A stretch of 64,000 nucleotides of DNA from Nageia nagi (Eukaryota; Plantae; Pinophyta): contig JBITNC010000001.1 in the NCBI GenBank assembly GCA_050084985.1, forward strand, positions 193,006,001-193,070,000, written 5' to 3'. The position numbers and the translations under genes are program-made. Positions 24,701-38,893 of this stretch are shown piece by piece (within the stretch, counting starts at the first letter, position 1; every line of letters starts with the position of its first letter). The notes beneath the pieces are model-generated. The model was not told the DNA's origin. It saw only the letters and a list, made by a program, of their open reading frames with translations, and searched no databases.

Positions 24701-25750
24701 AATTACATCAAACTATATCAATGAAGAAATATCGATCTATAATTAATTTGAGAAACTACATCAATTTGAGAAACTTGCAAATCACATAGAAACTTGGAAG
24801 CTATTAGCTAAGTTGGCTAAAGATAAACCTAATGCTTAGCATTGATAGGCGAAGTAACCAATTGGAAAATCATAAGTTCCTCAACATGCCTCAAAACCCA
24901 ATTGAACCTTACAAGTTAAGCAACTTAGTCAAGAGGAAATTAAGGAATGAAGGGAGAAGGGACTTTGCTAAATTTGTAATGAAAAATATTGCCAAACCAT
25001 AGATGTGTAATACAGAAGTTGTATTTGTTGAATGCAAATGTTCCTGGTGACTCAATAACTGATGAGGATGAGACAACAATGGATGAATTAGCAGATGAAC
25101 CTAATAACCATGATTAAAATACTTCAAAAATTTCTTTCAATGCCCTTTCAAGATTTTCTTCTTCATAAACTATGAAATGTCGAAGATAGTTAAAGTGATA
25201 AAATTATTTTGTACTTATCAATTCAAGTACACACAATTTCATTGATTTGAGAGTGGAAAATAGGCCAATTGTTATATACAACCTCAAAATAGATTTGAAG
25301 TGATGATTGGTAATGGAGGTAAGATTGCATGTAAAGGGAAATGTTTCAATGTCAAACTAACCATGGGTGATTATATTTTGAAGAGTGACATGTATGCACC
25401 TCCATTGGGAGGTTGTGATTTGGTCCTAAGAGCTCAATGGTTGCAAACTTTAGGATCTACATTATGGGTGAAAATAATGGTTGAGGGACCAAAATACACT
25501 CTCAAGGGACTACACTTAGGCCCTTCATAGATAATAAGTTCCCATTGTATGTAGAAAATTTTTTAGAAGGGAAGGGATTGTTGTACAATTATTTTTATTT
25601 GAGCTAACTAAGAAGGGATATGGTGAATTGTAATAATTGGAGCAACTTTTAGCTTGCCATGAAGGAGTTTTTGAAAAATTGAAAGGGCTACTCCCAAATC
25701 ACCCTTAAGATCATGCTATACAACTTATCCTTAGAAGTCAACAAACAAAA
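21720..25750 (+). mobile_element. Decayed LTR-retrotransposon segment ending in chromovirus-like Ty3/gypsy gag-protease (24400-25750)
   Basis: LTR-end/PBS-like AACA-ACTAGTATTAGAGC near 21921-21938. Gag reads FFVRFGLSDFEDFRRALGKLHQT. Protease reads VMIGNGGKIACKGKC..PLGGCDLVLRAQWLQTLG. The 5' part may belong to a different element. Confidence 0.65.
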
Positions 25751-26202
25751 ATTTGAGAAATTTCTATCATTGTTTTATGTAGTTCATATCTTATGAGATC
25801 ATTATGAAGATTACAAGTTTTTATGTAGTAATTTTTCCTTTGTTTCTAAATTGATATCCTTTCATGAGTTTATCAAGTTTCAACACTTAATTTGTGAAGA
25901 TAGATGAATTTTTATGCGAGCTATCGAACAAGAGATAACATATTGAGAAGAAACATACATATTTAAGTGAATTGATAATCACAATTTGAAACAAAGTGAG
26001 TAAAAAACCATTGAATGAAATCTAATAACTCAACTATTCAACCAACTATGCAATTGAATTGGATTAAGAGATTTCTTTTGGAAGAAATATTAACATGAGT
26101 TAACTTTTGATAAATGAATTCTTTATGATGGGAAACATTATTATAGTTATCACACTACTTTAGAGATAAACCTATGCTGCTATCTGATGACCACCTCAAA
26201 AA

Positions 26203-28591
26203 TGTTGGAATGCATAATGCATTATTGTAAAGGTTTTGTAATAATCTTTTATGTAAGTTCACTAATACTTAAAGGTATCATTTGATACCTTAAGTATTTA
26301 AGTGAATATGATAATGTAACTTGTCCTACACTCCATGTCATGCGCATGCCTCTTGGGTAAAAGGATGTGCATATCACAATTTTGTACATTGGATAAAAGG
26401 GTGATTCAAAGAGGGATTTTGGCCTATAAATAGAAGGCTCCCTCTTTGTGATCACACACCAATTTTTAAAGTAAAATTGTGCTAGAGGATAGTGTTTAGG
26501 AGTTGAGATTAGGAGGATTGTAAGAGAGTTGTATTTGTGATTGAAGTAAAGATCTAGTTAGTGGATGTACTCCTAGTTGGAGGAACCACTCACATCTTGT
26601 GTTATCTTTGTGAGTTTGTTAGATGTGTATTGTGAGCTTTCATGTGATCTTGGAAGTTTAGAGTTGTTCATGTTATATTTAAATTCTCTTGGTTGATGCT
26701 ACAACTTACAGGCAATTAATTGGTAGTCTTTTGTATTTGACTATATCCAGGCCAGATATTGCCTTTGCAGTGAATCTGATGGCACAATTCATGTAGAAAC
26801 CTTATGTTGAGCACCTCAATGATATTAAGCAAATTATGAGGTATGTTTTAGGGACTAAGGATCTTGCTCTCAAGTATTCCAAGTTGCCCTCATTTGTTCT
26901 CTTTGGATTCTTAGATTTTGATGATGGGGGAGATAGAGATGACAGGAAATCAACCTTTATGTATGTGTTTCGCATTGGTTCAGGTGCTATCTCTTAGGCT
27001 TCCAAGAAGCAGCTTATTATTTCTCTTTCCACCATAGAAGTTGAATACCATTCCATGTTTATTATAGCCTAAGAAACCATTTGGCTAAGGCATCTTTTGA
27101 AAGAAATTGAGTATGAGCAAGGTGGCTCATCTTTGATTTCTTCATACAATTAGTTGGCTATTTTTTTGTCTAAGAGTCTTGTGTTCTATCAAAGAACAAA
27201 ACATATGGAAATCCATGCCCATTTTATCAGGGAGAAGGTTCTTGATGGCATCATACACCTGGAGTATTATCCATCCACCCTAAACTTCGCTGATTTGTTC
27301 ACCAAGCCCATCCTGAAAGCTCAATTATGTAAGCTTAGGGATGCTATTGGGTTGGTGAAGTTACCCTCAAGGGGGAGTGAAGTTTGAATTCTTATGTTGA
27401 ATTCTTGTTTGTGATGACAACTTCACCCCTAGGAGGATTTTGTGCTATATGCTGTTGATTTTGTTGTACATCTTCATGGTAACTTCACTCTACGTGAGGA
27501 ACTTGTACAAAATTTTAAAGCAAAAGATTGGCTAATCTAGCACTGTTCAATTATCCATGTGTGAGGAACTCTTATGTGTCTTTTGGCACTATTCAATTAT
27601 CCATATGTGAGAAACTCATATGTGCAAGCTCTATTTTGTAATGATAATCAACACATGTTTTATATACAACAAGTGACTGAGTTTTTGGCATGGCATCTTC
27701 ATGATGACTTGTAGTGTACTATTGATCAATTCATGATGGCATTTGTGTGATTCATCTATTCTTGTTGAGATGAATATGTTGCATATAATTGATCTTGTTA
27801 TTTGAGCTGCTTATGACTTGCAGGTTCCTTTGAGATTGCAGGTTACTTACCTTAGGTATGCAAGCTCTTGGAGACTCTTCATGAATTCTAGTTGGATGAC
27901 TACTTCATGTACATTGAAACTGGTTATGGTTAATGATTGTATTTGGCAAAGTAGTGAGTCTCAAACTAGATCTTTCTTCATAAATATGTAAAAAATTCTC
28001 ATCTCTATTGTATTTGTTTGGAGAACTCTCGTACTTTCTCTCTTTCTTCTCTCTTATTCATTCTATCCCAATATTGCATTAAGGAGAAGTGTTGGAATGT
28101 ATAATGCATTATTGTAAAGGTTTTGTAATAATATTCTATGTAAATTCACTAATAATTAAGGGTATCATTTGATACCTTAAGTATTTAAGTGAATATGATA
28201 CTGTAACTTGTCCTACACTCCATGTCATGAGCATGCCCCTTGGGTAAAAGGATGTGCATGTCATGATTTTGTACATTGGATAAAAGGGTGATCCAAAGAA
28301 GGATTTTGGCCTATAAATAGAAGGCTCCCTCTTTGTGATCACACACCAATTTGTGGAGTAAAGTTGTGCTAGAGGTTAGTGTTTAGGAGTTGAGATTAGG
28401 AGGATTATAAGATAGTTGTATTTGTGATTTCAGTAAAGATCTAGTTAGTGGATGTACTCCTAGTTAGAGGAACCACTTACATCTTGTGTTATCTTTGTGA
28501 GATTGCTTTGTGAGTTTGTTAGATGTGTATTGTGAGCTTTCATGTGATCTTGAGAGTTTAGAGTTGTTCATGTTATAGTTCAATTCTCTCA
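26203..28591 (+). mobile_element. Non-autonomous copia deletion derivative (element 2) retaining the RT 3' end, RNase H and 3' UTR
   Basis: LTRs at 26203-~26689 and 28090-28591 (TG..CA). TSD AAAAA at 26198-26202 and 28592-28596. PPT-like AAGGAGAAG at 28081-28089. The RNase H C-terminus LVKLPSRGSEV is identical to that of element 1. Confidence 0.93.
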
Positions 28592-28596
28592 AAAAA

Positions 28597-31500
28597 CACC
28601 TCTTTAAGTAATATATGAGAAATTCCCTTTGGCATCTTATGGAACTTCTTATAAATAGATAAGTGAGGTTGTAAATTTCCTTCTAAGGATTTAGCACTTG
28701 AATTTTGTTTAAGGCTCATAAAATACCTATATTTATAAAAATACTTTTCCTCCATCTCTTATTTTCAATTCTAATCCATAAGACATCATCTCAATCTTGT
28801 TGTTTATACCTCTTCAAAATGTTGATCCAAATATTAACTATCTTGTTAAAAAAATAGATGAGCCTTCCTCACCTTATTAATCATATAGGATAATTCTTGA
28901 CAATGATTTATTATCCATTTTATATATTCTTCAAATAAGCTTACTTATCTAATCTTTATTCATTATCAATAATGGTTAAAATTCGAGTTCTTATGCATTG
29001 TATGGTCAACAAAATGATTCCCAACTTTTAAGCATCCACTTTTAATGCTCCTTTTATTTCACTTCATAAAAAGCTTTCATAATTTCCACCATAACCTTTT
29101 TAACTATCCTTAGGAGTTGCACTAAAGATAAGAAATAAATTGTAATGTTGCTTTTATAAATTGAATTCTCCTTGCAAGTAAGCCATTTCCCTTTCCACCC
29201 ACCCTTTACTATTTTTTTTTAAAATATATTAACCATATATTTCCATAACACTTTTGAATTCCTTCTTGAGAAAAATGGGATTCAAAATATATTGAAGAAA
29301 AATTAGCTTTAAAAATATCAACCATTGTATACATCCTTCATTTATTTTTGTCTTGTGTATTAATGAAGAAAGATTTAGATTTGTCTCTATTTATTTTGTA
29401 TATTCTTATGTCTATAAATATTCTTATTAATAATTTTTGCATCAATCAAGTTGTCCTTTCGCATAAGTATCATCAACAAGCTATTGATGAGACAAGTTAA
29501 TACTTGAGAATATTTTGCTTCCCTTTCACCAATCCTCCTCTTTTTTCTTTGGCAATAAATCTTCTAAGAGCCTTCACTATTATAATTAATAGATAAGGAG
29601 ATATAAAGTCTCTTATGCATATTTGTGTTTTTCTTGTAAGGTATTTGTAAGGGACCATTGATAAGAACTAAATATGAAATGAATAATAGGTAAGATCTTA
29701 TCCATTTCATCCATCTTGTATAAAAACTAAACTTTGTCATCTTTGTTAGTAGGAAATCCCATTAAGCTTTATTATAATATTTATTTAAATATAACTTAAG
29801 AAACATGGCTTGTTCATTTTTAGTTAATGTTGAGTGTGGAGCTTTATGAGTCACTGTTATACCATTTAATTTTTGTTTACCCTCCACAAAGTTCCTTTGT
29901 TTCTCAAATATTTTTTTGGGGGAACACGTTTTCAATCTATTTATCATTATCTTTGAATTTATTCTTTATGCCATGTTACAATGACTAATTGGTCTATATA
30001 CATGAACAAGACATGTGTATTTCTTCTTTAAAATCAAAGCAATAAGGTTCTATATTGCATGTTTAAGCTCAAGTAGATATGCTAGAGTTTAAGTGCCCTT
30101 CATTGAAATAAAAAATGGGTTTGAGTATCATAAAAAGAAAAAAAAATCAAAGAAATATATATTATATTAAGCTTCTTTGGGAATGAATTCTTATGATCTA
30201 GCTTCATATGTCACATAAATAATCTTTTATGACATGCCAATGGGCTTAATAAAAAAAATATTAACTCATTCGACCTTTGGACCTTATCTGTTGTTACCTC
30301 TTCTAATGTTATATAATACATTATTATTTTTTAATTTTATTGAGATATAATTGGGGGAATGACTTCAACTAATTCAACTTTGATTAGAGATGAGTTTATG
30401 GTACCCAAAGTGCCCTTGGATAACGAGAAAGTTATCTCTAAAACTTCTTGATCCATAATATGTAAACTATCCAAAGCTTTATTCATTTTATCATACTAGA
30501 AGATTTGTTTACCATTGCACACTCATGAGAGAACAAGTTTTTTTGTATACTTTTCTCAAATATGTTTAGTTTGATCTCTATTTTCAATGGATATACTCCA
30601 TGTTTAGAATATCACAATATATGGATAAAGTCTTTTTTTTTTCTTTTCCTCCTTTTTGTTCTTGATTATTATGTTTTTCAATTTTTTTGTAGGGTTTTTA
30701 TTTTACCTTTTAGAATATTTTTTCGATTAAAAATATTGTCCAGCTGATGCTTATTCCATTATGTTGATGTTACTATGCTATGAATTATATCATCTAGATT
30801 ATTTATTCTATTTTAGTCAACACTTGCCTATCCTTTAAGTACTATTTATTTGAACTTTTCTTTATAATCCCACATTTTATTATAATTGAAATAGTGAATC
30901 CTTTTCATTTTAGGGATGTTAAATTCAATATTTTTGCCCAATAAGTCAAGGAAATCCTAGGAAGAATTTTTTTAATGAACTTGTGCCTTATTAACTAATT
31001 TTATTAAATAAAAAATATGTCCACATATTTTACTATAAAACTATCCCGACTCTTATTATTAGTCCATGTCAAGACATTTAATTCGAACTCTACTTCTTAT
31101 AGTTCTAAAATTTGTATAAAATTAGAGAATTCTATCATGCTTTGAGATGTTTGTGTATGAAACATCTAAATTTTTTGGTTTGATTCTTAGTTATATTAAA
31201 ATTACCTTTGATTATCATCCTATACTAAATTCTATATATATATATATATATATATTTATTTATTTATATTCCATTCCACCTTATCCACTTGTATCTTATC
31301 TCTATGAAATCTAGTTTAAGGGCCATATACATCTATGAGATTAAAATGTGAGTTTTACATATAGCGAGGTATAAATCAAGATTTAATCTTTGACATTGAA
31401 TTCTTATGATTTTGATATAATAGATTTAAATAATCTTGTAGAGAAGTGATATTTTTTTTACAAGGTCCTAAAACCTATTACAAATATTCTAAGTAATATT

Positions 31501-33000
31501 TATTACACATGGATTTTAGTTTTTCTTTGGTCCCTTAGGATTCTTAGTGATGTAAGTGTGTTGTAGTTTGATTTCAACTTTGTTCAATCTTTCTTGAAAT
31601 CATATTGAAACATTTTGTTATATGGAGTATTAGATGGGATAGAAAGTGATTACACCACCAAATTCTCCATCTACTTTTTGCTAAATCCTCTTATTTAATT
31701 CCATACTTTTTAATCTTCTTCCAACTTTGATTATTGTATCTACATAAAAATAAGGTTAGTATTCTTTACAAAGTTCCTTGATGGTAATATGTCTAGTAGA
31801 GATACAACCACCCTTTTTGTTACAACTTCTAATCTTTATGGGGCTTTTATTAGGGCTAAAAGTCCCCCATACTTCTCCAAACTATGTTGGAATCTATTCA
31901 CGATGTCTTTTATTATCTTCCCTCTTTTATTATTGTTGTGATGGTCTTCCCTTATGTGATTGACCTACATTTGAAGTCCTCCTCATGTACATAGTTATTC
32001 TAATTAGAGTTGACATAATATTAATTCACATATCTAATTCATCATCTTCCTCACTCTTTTTCTCTTTCTTTTATCTTTTCCTTTTTTGATCATTTCTCAT
32101 GAACTTCCATATTCCATAATATTCATTTTGGTGATTTATTCTCTCATTTGGTCCTCCATTACAATTTCCTCTACTCTTACTTCATCCAATTGCACCTGGC
32201 TTAAGGATCCCTCTTAAAATAGGATAGGTACTGAAAGGGGTTTAGCCCTCTTTAGATGGGACAAGGGCCTGAAAGGGATTTAAGAATTCAAAAATATTAT
32301 GGGTAGAAACATGGGTCCATTCTTATGGTTTCTCATGGTCTTGTCTTTGAGATTGGGTTGGATGTGTTTGGGCTCTTTGGGGCTTTCTCTGAATAAGTCT
32401 CCAATATTTTCCATATTCCTTTTTGGGAAATCTCAAGCATGGTGGTCAAACTTCTTATAAACACTACATTACACAAGAAAATTATCATAGATAATTTCTT
32501 GCTCCTATGTTCCTTAATATTCCTCATCAATGAATATCTTATTTCATAGTTCCTTTTTTATATACAAACTAATGCAAAACTAAACATTCATCATTATAAT
32601 TTTAGTTATAATGTTTTTAATTGAAATAGGACATCATATTCTATTTATAATTCACAATAGGATATTAATGTTCTAATATTCAATAGTCAAATTTGAAAGA
32701 CTTACTTGGAATGGAAGAAAGTTAATATTATATATTTCAAGTCAAAGTAAAACTAGGGATTTCCTCCTTAGAAACCAAGGGCTAAGTTTTAGAATCTTAT
32801 TGACATTTTCTTCATTGGTGAATTTGGATAAGATGATTTCCTCAATAAGATACACCTCTTTCCCTCATATTAGACTTCTATTACCAATATTTAATGAAAA
32901 AGTAATAGTACCATGATTCCAAGACCTTCTCTTGGTGGAAACTTTCATTGAATCCTCAAACATACCAATTATATATATTAAATAATTTAAAATAGTCTAT
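28597..33000 (-). mobile_element. Highly decayed plant L1 LINE (DUF4283-type ORF1, endonuclease, RT), interrupted by element 2
   Basis: Minus strand reads NEENVNKILKLSPWF (ORF1, ~32780), EKQRNFVEGKQKLNGITVTH (RT), SPYL, LSHQ.LVDDT (FADD region) and GWKGKWLT..RRIQFIKATL. It probably continues to the left of 26198. Confidence 0.78.
31233..31255. repeat. (TA)n microsatellite
   Basis: About 11 TA units. Confidence 0.9.
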
Positions 33001-34230
33001 AATAATGGTTTGGTGAACATATATTCTAGCTAATCCATTGTAAGATTGTACTCCATATCAATCTACTATGCTTGCTTATAAGTTTAATGCATCTCATTAT
33101 CAATATGTTTTGATTATTAATAAAAAATTGTATACTTTATGATATGAATGATAATTTAGTTATTGACCTATAATTGATATCATTCCTCTTACTTTAAGAT
33201 ACACTCTTTAAGTAGATTTAGTGACCATTGGAGATGCTATCTTTCTATAAAAAAAGATCAATACTTAGCCACCATATAAGATTTGAACATTACTCCTTAT
33301 TAATAATCCATTCAATTGGAACATCTCCAAAATTAAACAAGTATCCTAAAGTAGATTTTATCTTAGTATATTTATAAATAAAATTATAATACACAATAAA
33401 TTAGGTATGTTATCTCTCCCATATATGATGTCCGTCTCTAATGTCCATTTGATATATCTCAAAATCTGCTTTACCATTATCCAATGCCTTTATTATGGTT
33501 TTATCATGTACTTGGCTACATATCCAATTGTAAAAATAATATCTAATCTACTATTTATAAAATATAATGAATCACCCTCTAATGAATGGTATAAAAAGGC
33601 ATCAACTACTAAATCCTTTGAAGAGGTTTGAAAATACTTCATTCAAAAGGCATAGGAGTCTTATCCTATATAAATATATTTAAAAGGCCCAAATCATACT
33701 TAGGTTGTGAAAGAAAAATACCATCACTCATTTTACACATACATAGGCCCGAAGAATAGTGTAATAAACCAATATTGTTCATCTCAAAAATATTTTTCAA
33801 CCTAGTCCTCATATCTTGAATTTTTGTAAGGGAATTTCCTATGATAATCAAGGTATTTTCATAACCTTTAAATACTAATAAAGGTATCTATTTTATCATA
33901 CCATTCTCTTGGTGAATTCTTCAACCCATATACTAACTTCTTTAACTTGTAAACTAGAGGATTAGACTAACCTTTCTCAAATCCTAATAGTTGTACCATT
34001 CACATATTCTCCTATGAGTAACCATTAAGTAATTAACTATTCATATAAATTTGGTGCACCTTCTAAATAATTTAAAACCCATGTTTAATACAAGGTGAAT
34101 AGAATCCATATTGGCTACAAGAATAAACATTTTATTAAAGTCAATACCCTTCTGATAAGAATATGCCTTAGATACTAATTAAGCCTTATGTTTCTCCACT
34201 TCACACTTGATTATGTACTTCATCTTATAA
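33000..34230 (-). mobile_element. Old copia RT-RNase H remnant
   Basis: The minus strand reads NIFEMNNIGLLHYSSGL..SDGIFLSQPKY, with an SKHID motif near 33100. Confidence 0.72.
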
Positions 34231-35917
34231 AAACCCATGTTTAATACAATTCCAAATTATATTTATTTTGGTTTATGTTCTGTTAAAATCTTAAAGCTTT
34301 GTTATTATTTCCATAGTTTGAAGCTATTTTGAATATATTTCCTAAGATTTTCTAGACTCTAGATAATTGGTATTAGATTCCTTTTAAGATTTTCTAGATT
34401 CCTAAAAATTGGTTGATGAATAAGATCTATTTTGAAGACTATGATTGTTGTTGAAGATGAAGCAACTTTTGAAGACCAAGATCTATTAAAGTCTAAGAAC
34501 TATTAAATCCATTTATAAAATGAAACTCTACCAATTTTTTTTTCAAATATATATCCAGATCAAATTCTTAGACTATATAGTGACACCTCTTTATGACATG
34601 GTCATTTTAGTGTATTGGGTAATGTGTTTTTAGATTAAAAATTCCAATCCATGTAGGGTGCTTATTTTGTGAAACCCACAATTTTGAAAGCCCTCTTTTT
34701 GCTTGTCAAAAATAGTAGCTTCCATAATAAGTAAAACATTCATATGCTAGTATCTCCTAAACCATGAAGAATAAATAAAAAATGAGAGCAACTACTTGTT
34801 CTCATTGGTAATAATTTACAAAAAACTAAAAAAAGGTTTGGAACTTCCAAAATAATCACTTTGATACATGTTAATTATTTTGACATATAACATCCATATA
34901 CTTTTTTTACTTTCTAAAAATAGTAAGTTTGGGGCCTAGCACACTGACAAATTTTTCAAGTAGCTAAATTCCATACATATGGCTGAAGGAAGAAGATCTC
35001 AAGACTTAGCAAAATTGGCCCATGAGATTAAGCATATCAATGATATGTTGATACAAGTCAACCTCAAAAATGCCTTTGATAACATGCACATAAAAATAAC
35101 ATGTTAAATACCAAATATGATGCCCTAAATAAGACCTATAACTAGTCCAAAAGCTAACATGATCAAATACAACAACACAGTATCCAAACCCATCGGGTTT
35201 AGGTTCTCATTAATTTGTTGGAAAAACACAACATATGCACCATGGTCCTTAATAAGAATTCATACTTCCAATAAAAACTAAGTTTTTTTTTTTAAATTTG
35301 ATGCCAATGAATGAACCCATTGGATTTATTAAGAGAAATAATATTTCTCATTGAAACAAATTTTAGAGGAACATAAAGTTAACATTGTAATATTCCATCT
35401 TAATCATGAAGGCATCCAATGGTACTATTGGTTTGGAAAGATAAATAGAATACTTACTTGAGAGGACTTCACAAAAAATATATTGGTTAAATTTGGACCA
35501 AGTGATTTTGAAGAATTTATAGGGATCTAAGTAAATTACATAAAACTACATCAATGAATGAATATCATAATCAATTTGAGAAACTTACAAATCATATAGA
35601 AACTTGGAATCCATTAGGATAGCTAATTTGGCTAAAGATAAGCTCAATGGTCAACATTGATAAGGGAATATATCAATTGGAAAATCACAAATTCCTTAAC
35701 CTTACCTAAAACCCAATCGACCATTACAATTTAAGCAACTCAGTCCAAAGGAAATGAAGAAATGAAGGGAGAATGATCTTTACTATAATTATGTTGAAAA
35801 ATATGGCCAAACCATAGATGTGCAATATAAAAGTTGTAGTTGTTGAATAGAAATATTTCTAGTAACTCAATAATTGATGAGGATGAGATAATTGTGGATG
35901 AATTAGTAGATGAACCT
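33714..35917 (+). repeat. Diverged direct duplicate of 21124-25103 (copia remnant plus gypsy 5' part) with internal deletions
   Basis: Colinear blocks 21124-21636/33714-34226, 21807-22810/34250-35230 and 24397-25103/35230-35917. Confidence 0.85.
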
Positions 35918-38893
35918 TGTTGAATGTTTTTAGTTACCCCTAAGATTAACCTTGGTATAAACTAAGATAAAACTCACATTTAATTATATCTAATACATCG
36001 AATAATAATAATGAACTAACAATAGTAACAATCATAAAAAATGTACAATAGATATAAAGATGTGCAAATGTAAATGCTTAGATTATTGGACTAGATCTAA
36101 TTAACCTTAATGAGAAAGAGATTTAAAAATATAAATACCTATTACCTTACCTTGATGACTTAAGTGATATACAAATTAAAATTTATTGATAATGTAGATC
36201 TCAAAATACAAACCTTTCATACAAATGATATAAAATGGCCTGCATCTATGATCGTATTGGGGATGGCATTTGCACTCAAGATAACATCCACACTAGGATC
36301 CCTCAAGCTTAGCATTTGTAACCAATATATAATAGAAATATAATGATTGATAAGCCTAATATAGCATTTAATAATGAATAGAAGAATGAAAAAGCTCATG
36401 TGAATATAAAATCTTAATCTCAATAGGTAGTGTTGAAGAACACCTAAAATTAGTAGTTGAGTGTGACTATCAAGATAAATATATTATAGCCTCCTCATTT
36501 TGATCAATCCTCCATTTATAGGAAATAAAAATCCTATAATGGATATCTATAGGTTAGAACCAATGCTAGGATACCTTGCATAAAAAGAAAAATATTACAT
36601 GAGAAGATGGTCATAATTGTCCATCTTAAGATATAACATGTAATGATCTAATGTATAGCTACAATTAATAAGTACACCTAAGGGTGGATAAAATTAAGTG
36701 TCAAAAAATGCCTCCCTTTGCAAATTTAATAAAATAAAGGATAATTATGTTTGCAAAGGAAAAATAAAAAGAGAAAAAATAATACTCTCATGTTCTTCCT
36801 ATGAAGCTATCAGATCATCAAAGTTTGATGATATTTTTTGCCCCCTTTTTGCATTGATTATAAAGAGGTGAACTCTTTAACCAATTATAATAATAAAAAG
36901 AAAACAAATACTTGTAAAATGAGAGTAAGAAAATAATGTCTTCCAAAACATACATGTGATTATTACTTAAAGATATAACAATAATAATTAGAGCAATAAT
37001 TAACATAATATGTGTTCATAAATCATAATATCAGTTTCTTGATTTTCTTGTTTTTCACCCACCTAAGTGGAAAAGATATGTAAATCCTTTGGAATTGACA
37101 ATCAATTTTGAGAAATATTTTGATAGGATAATATAAGGAGAGGGGTGGATCAGATTTGAGATTTGGAGCCTTAATCTTTCAATTTTTGCCCAAACATGGT
37201 CCAATTCATGCCATGCCTAGAAACAAAGGAAAAAAGTCACAAAGGGGTTTTAGATCAGTTTTACAGCCAAGAAATCACTTCATGCCAAGCGTACCATTCC
37301 CCATCCTAGGCACACTATGCCCAAGAAGCCATTAGCTAGGTGCACTATACCCAGGTCCTAGACCCCTAGGTGCATTATGCCCTATAAACATGTAATTTCA
37401 AGCTCGGACCAATGTGTCTCAAATTTTCAACTTTTAGGGAAAAATTTGTAATAGGGTGAAGTTTTTTAGCTTGTCACAACCAAATGTAGTTGTGTAACAT
37501 TGTAGGGGATGTGTTTACACTTGTGATAGAGTGTACATCCATCATTGCTTTCACTTTTGTATTGTTTCTTTGGTGATTGGTTTTTAGTTTGTTTAAGGAT
37601 CTCTCATTTGGGAGGGACTTGTAACCTACTTGGATTTAAACCTAGATTAGGAGGGAACATTTATGTTCAGGTAAGAATTTGAATTCCTTTTTGTACTTGG
37701 TTCATACTATTTAATTTCTTGGTGCATTATAGGCTTGCTTTATTTTGTGTTGTGTAGTAGCAAAATTGCATTCATCCTTGGGGGTATTGTTGCATACACA
37801 AGAAATTTACTTTGGATTTAAAACTTACATATTAAATTAGGATTTTATTTGTTTGTGGGAACTTGCTTGCTCTTTTTTGAGTGCATCCAAAATAATTGCT
37901 TTCCTTCATTTTATTTGAAAAGATTTTTTTTTTTAAATAAATATACTTGGGAAGGGATTGCAAACATTATTGAGGGAGTAGTGTGCACTTCATATTAATT
38001 GCATATCATATTTGCTTTTTGTAATAAAGTCCATGATAATCATAGGGATTTACTAGGACACATGGAATTGATTACCATGACCTAAACCATACTCGAAGAT
38101 GAAAATAAAAGTGGAAGCCCCCCTTCATTCGAGATAGCTTCCTATGGAGGGTACCATAGAACCCTTGCAAAATGATCTACACCCCTAGAAGATTGATTAA
38201 AGAAGGTTATGTTGGAAAGAACAAGTGCATTAAAAGCTATCGAAACTAAAAATATGTGTCAAATTGAGCAAAGAAAAGATTAGAGTAACTAAAACAAAAT
38301 TGCTATCTATAATCATTGCTATCATCATATATTGCTTGCATTATAGTCCTAAGTATTTGTTTTAATCTTGTGCCAAACTAAACAAGAATAAATTTTGGAA
38401 AAAATAGTAAGATTTTTATTTGGTGTTTGTTTCATTCTTATTTGTACTTTCACTTCCACTATACTCATAGTTTGTAAAAGTTCCATATTGTAGTTGTGTG
38501 ATGATGAAGCTTGATCTATCTAAGGATTTGGTATGGTATGAGGATCCCCTTGTGGGAATGGTGGACACAAGATCTCAAAGAAAAAAAGGAAGAAAGTGAG
38601 GTAAAATATGAGCCAAAAAATAGTGTGGAAAATCAATCCATTAAGTTTTATAAGTTTCTCCAAACCTTCCAATGTTTTACACCTGATCAAATGGTAAGAG
38701 TGATGAAGGAAGTTCAAAAATTAGGCGTTCCTACACCACAAGATTCTCCATAAGTTTTTGTTATGCCAAGATATATTTTGATTTAGTTCGATAACTACAA
38801 TAGTACCATAATGAATGGGAGTGTATCTCAAGCTGCTATTGGTACATCTCTATCCCATCCCAAAATTAATAAAAAAGATCCTAATGAAAGAAA

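Noticed and set aside
26249-26455. Duplicated 68-aa ORF (also at 28136-28342)
   Set aside because: It lies antisense within the two LTRs of element 2; the duplication simply reflects LTR identity.
35918-36210. TG..CA segment flanked by AACCT as a small solo LTR
   Set aside because: Sequence after 36215 does not resume the interrupted gypsy sequence seen at 25103. The region to ~37000 looks LTR-like, but its limits cannot be set.
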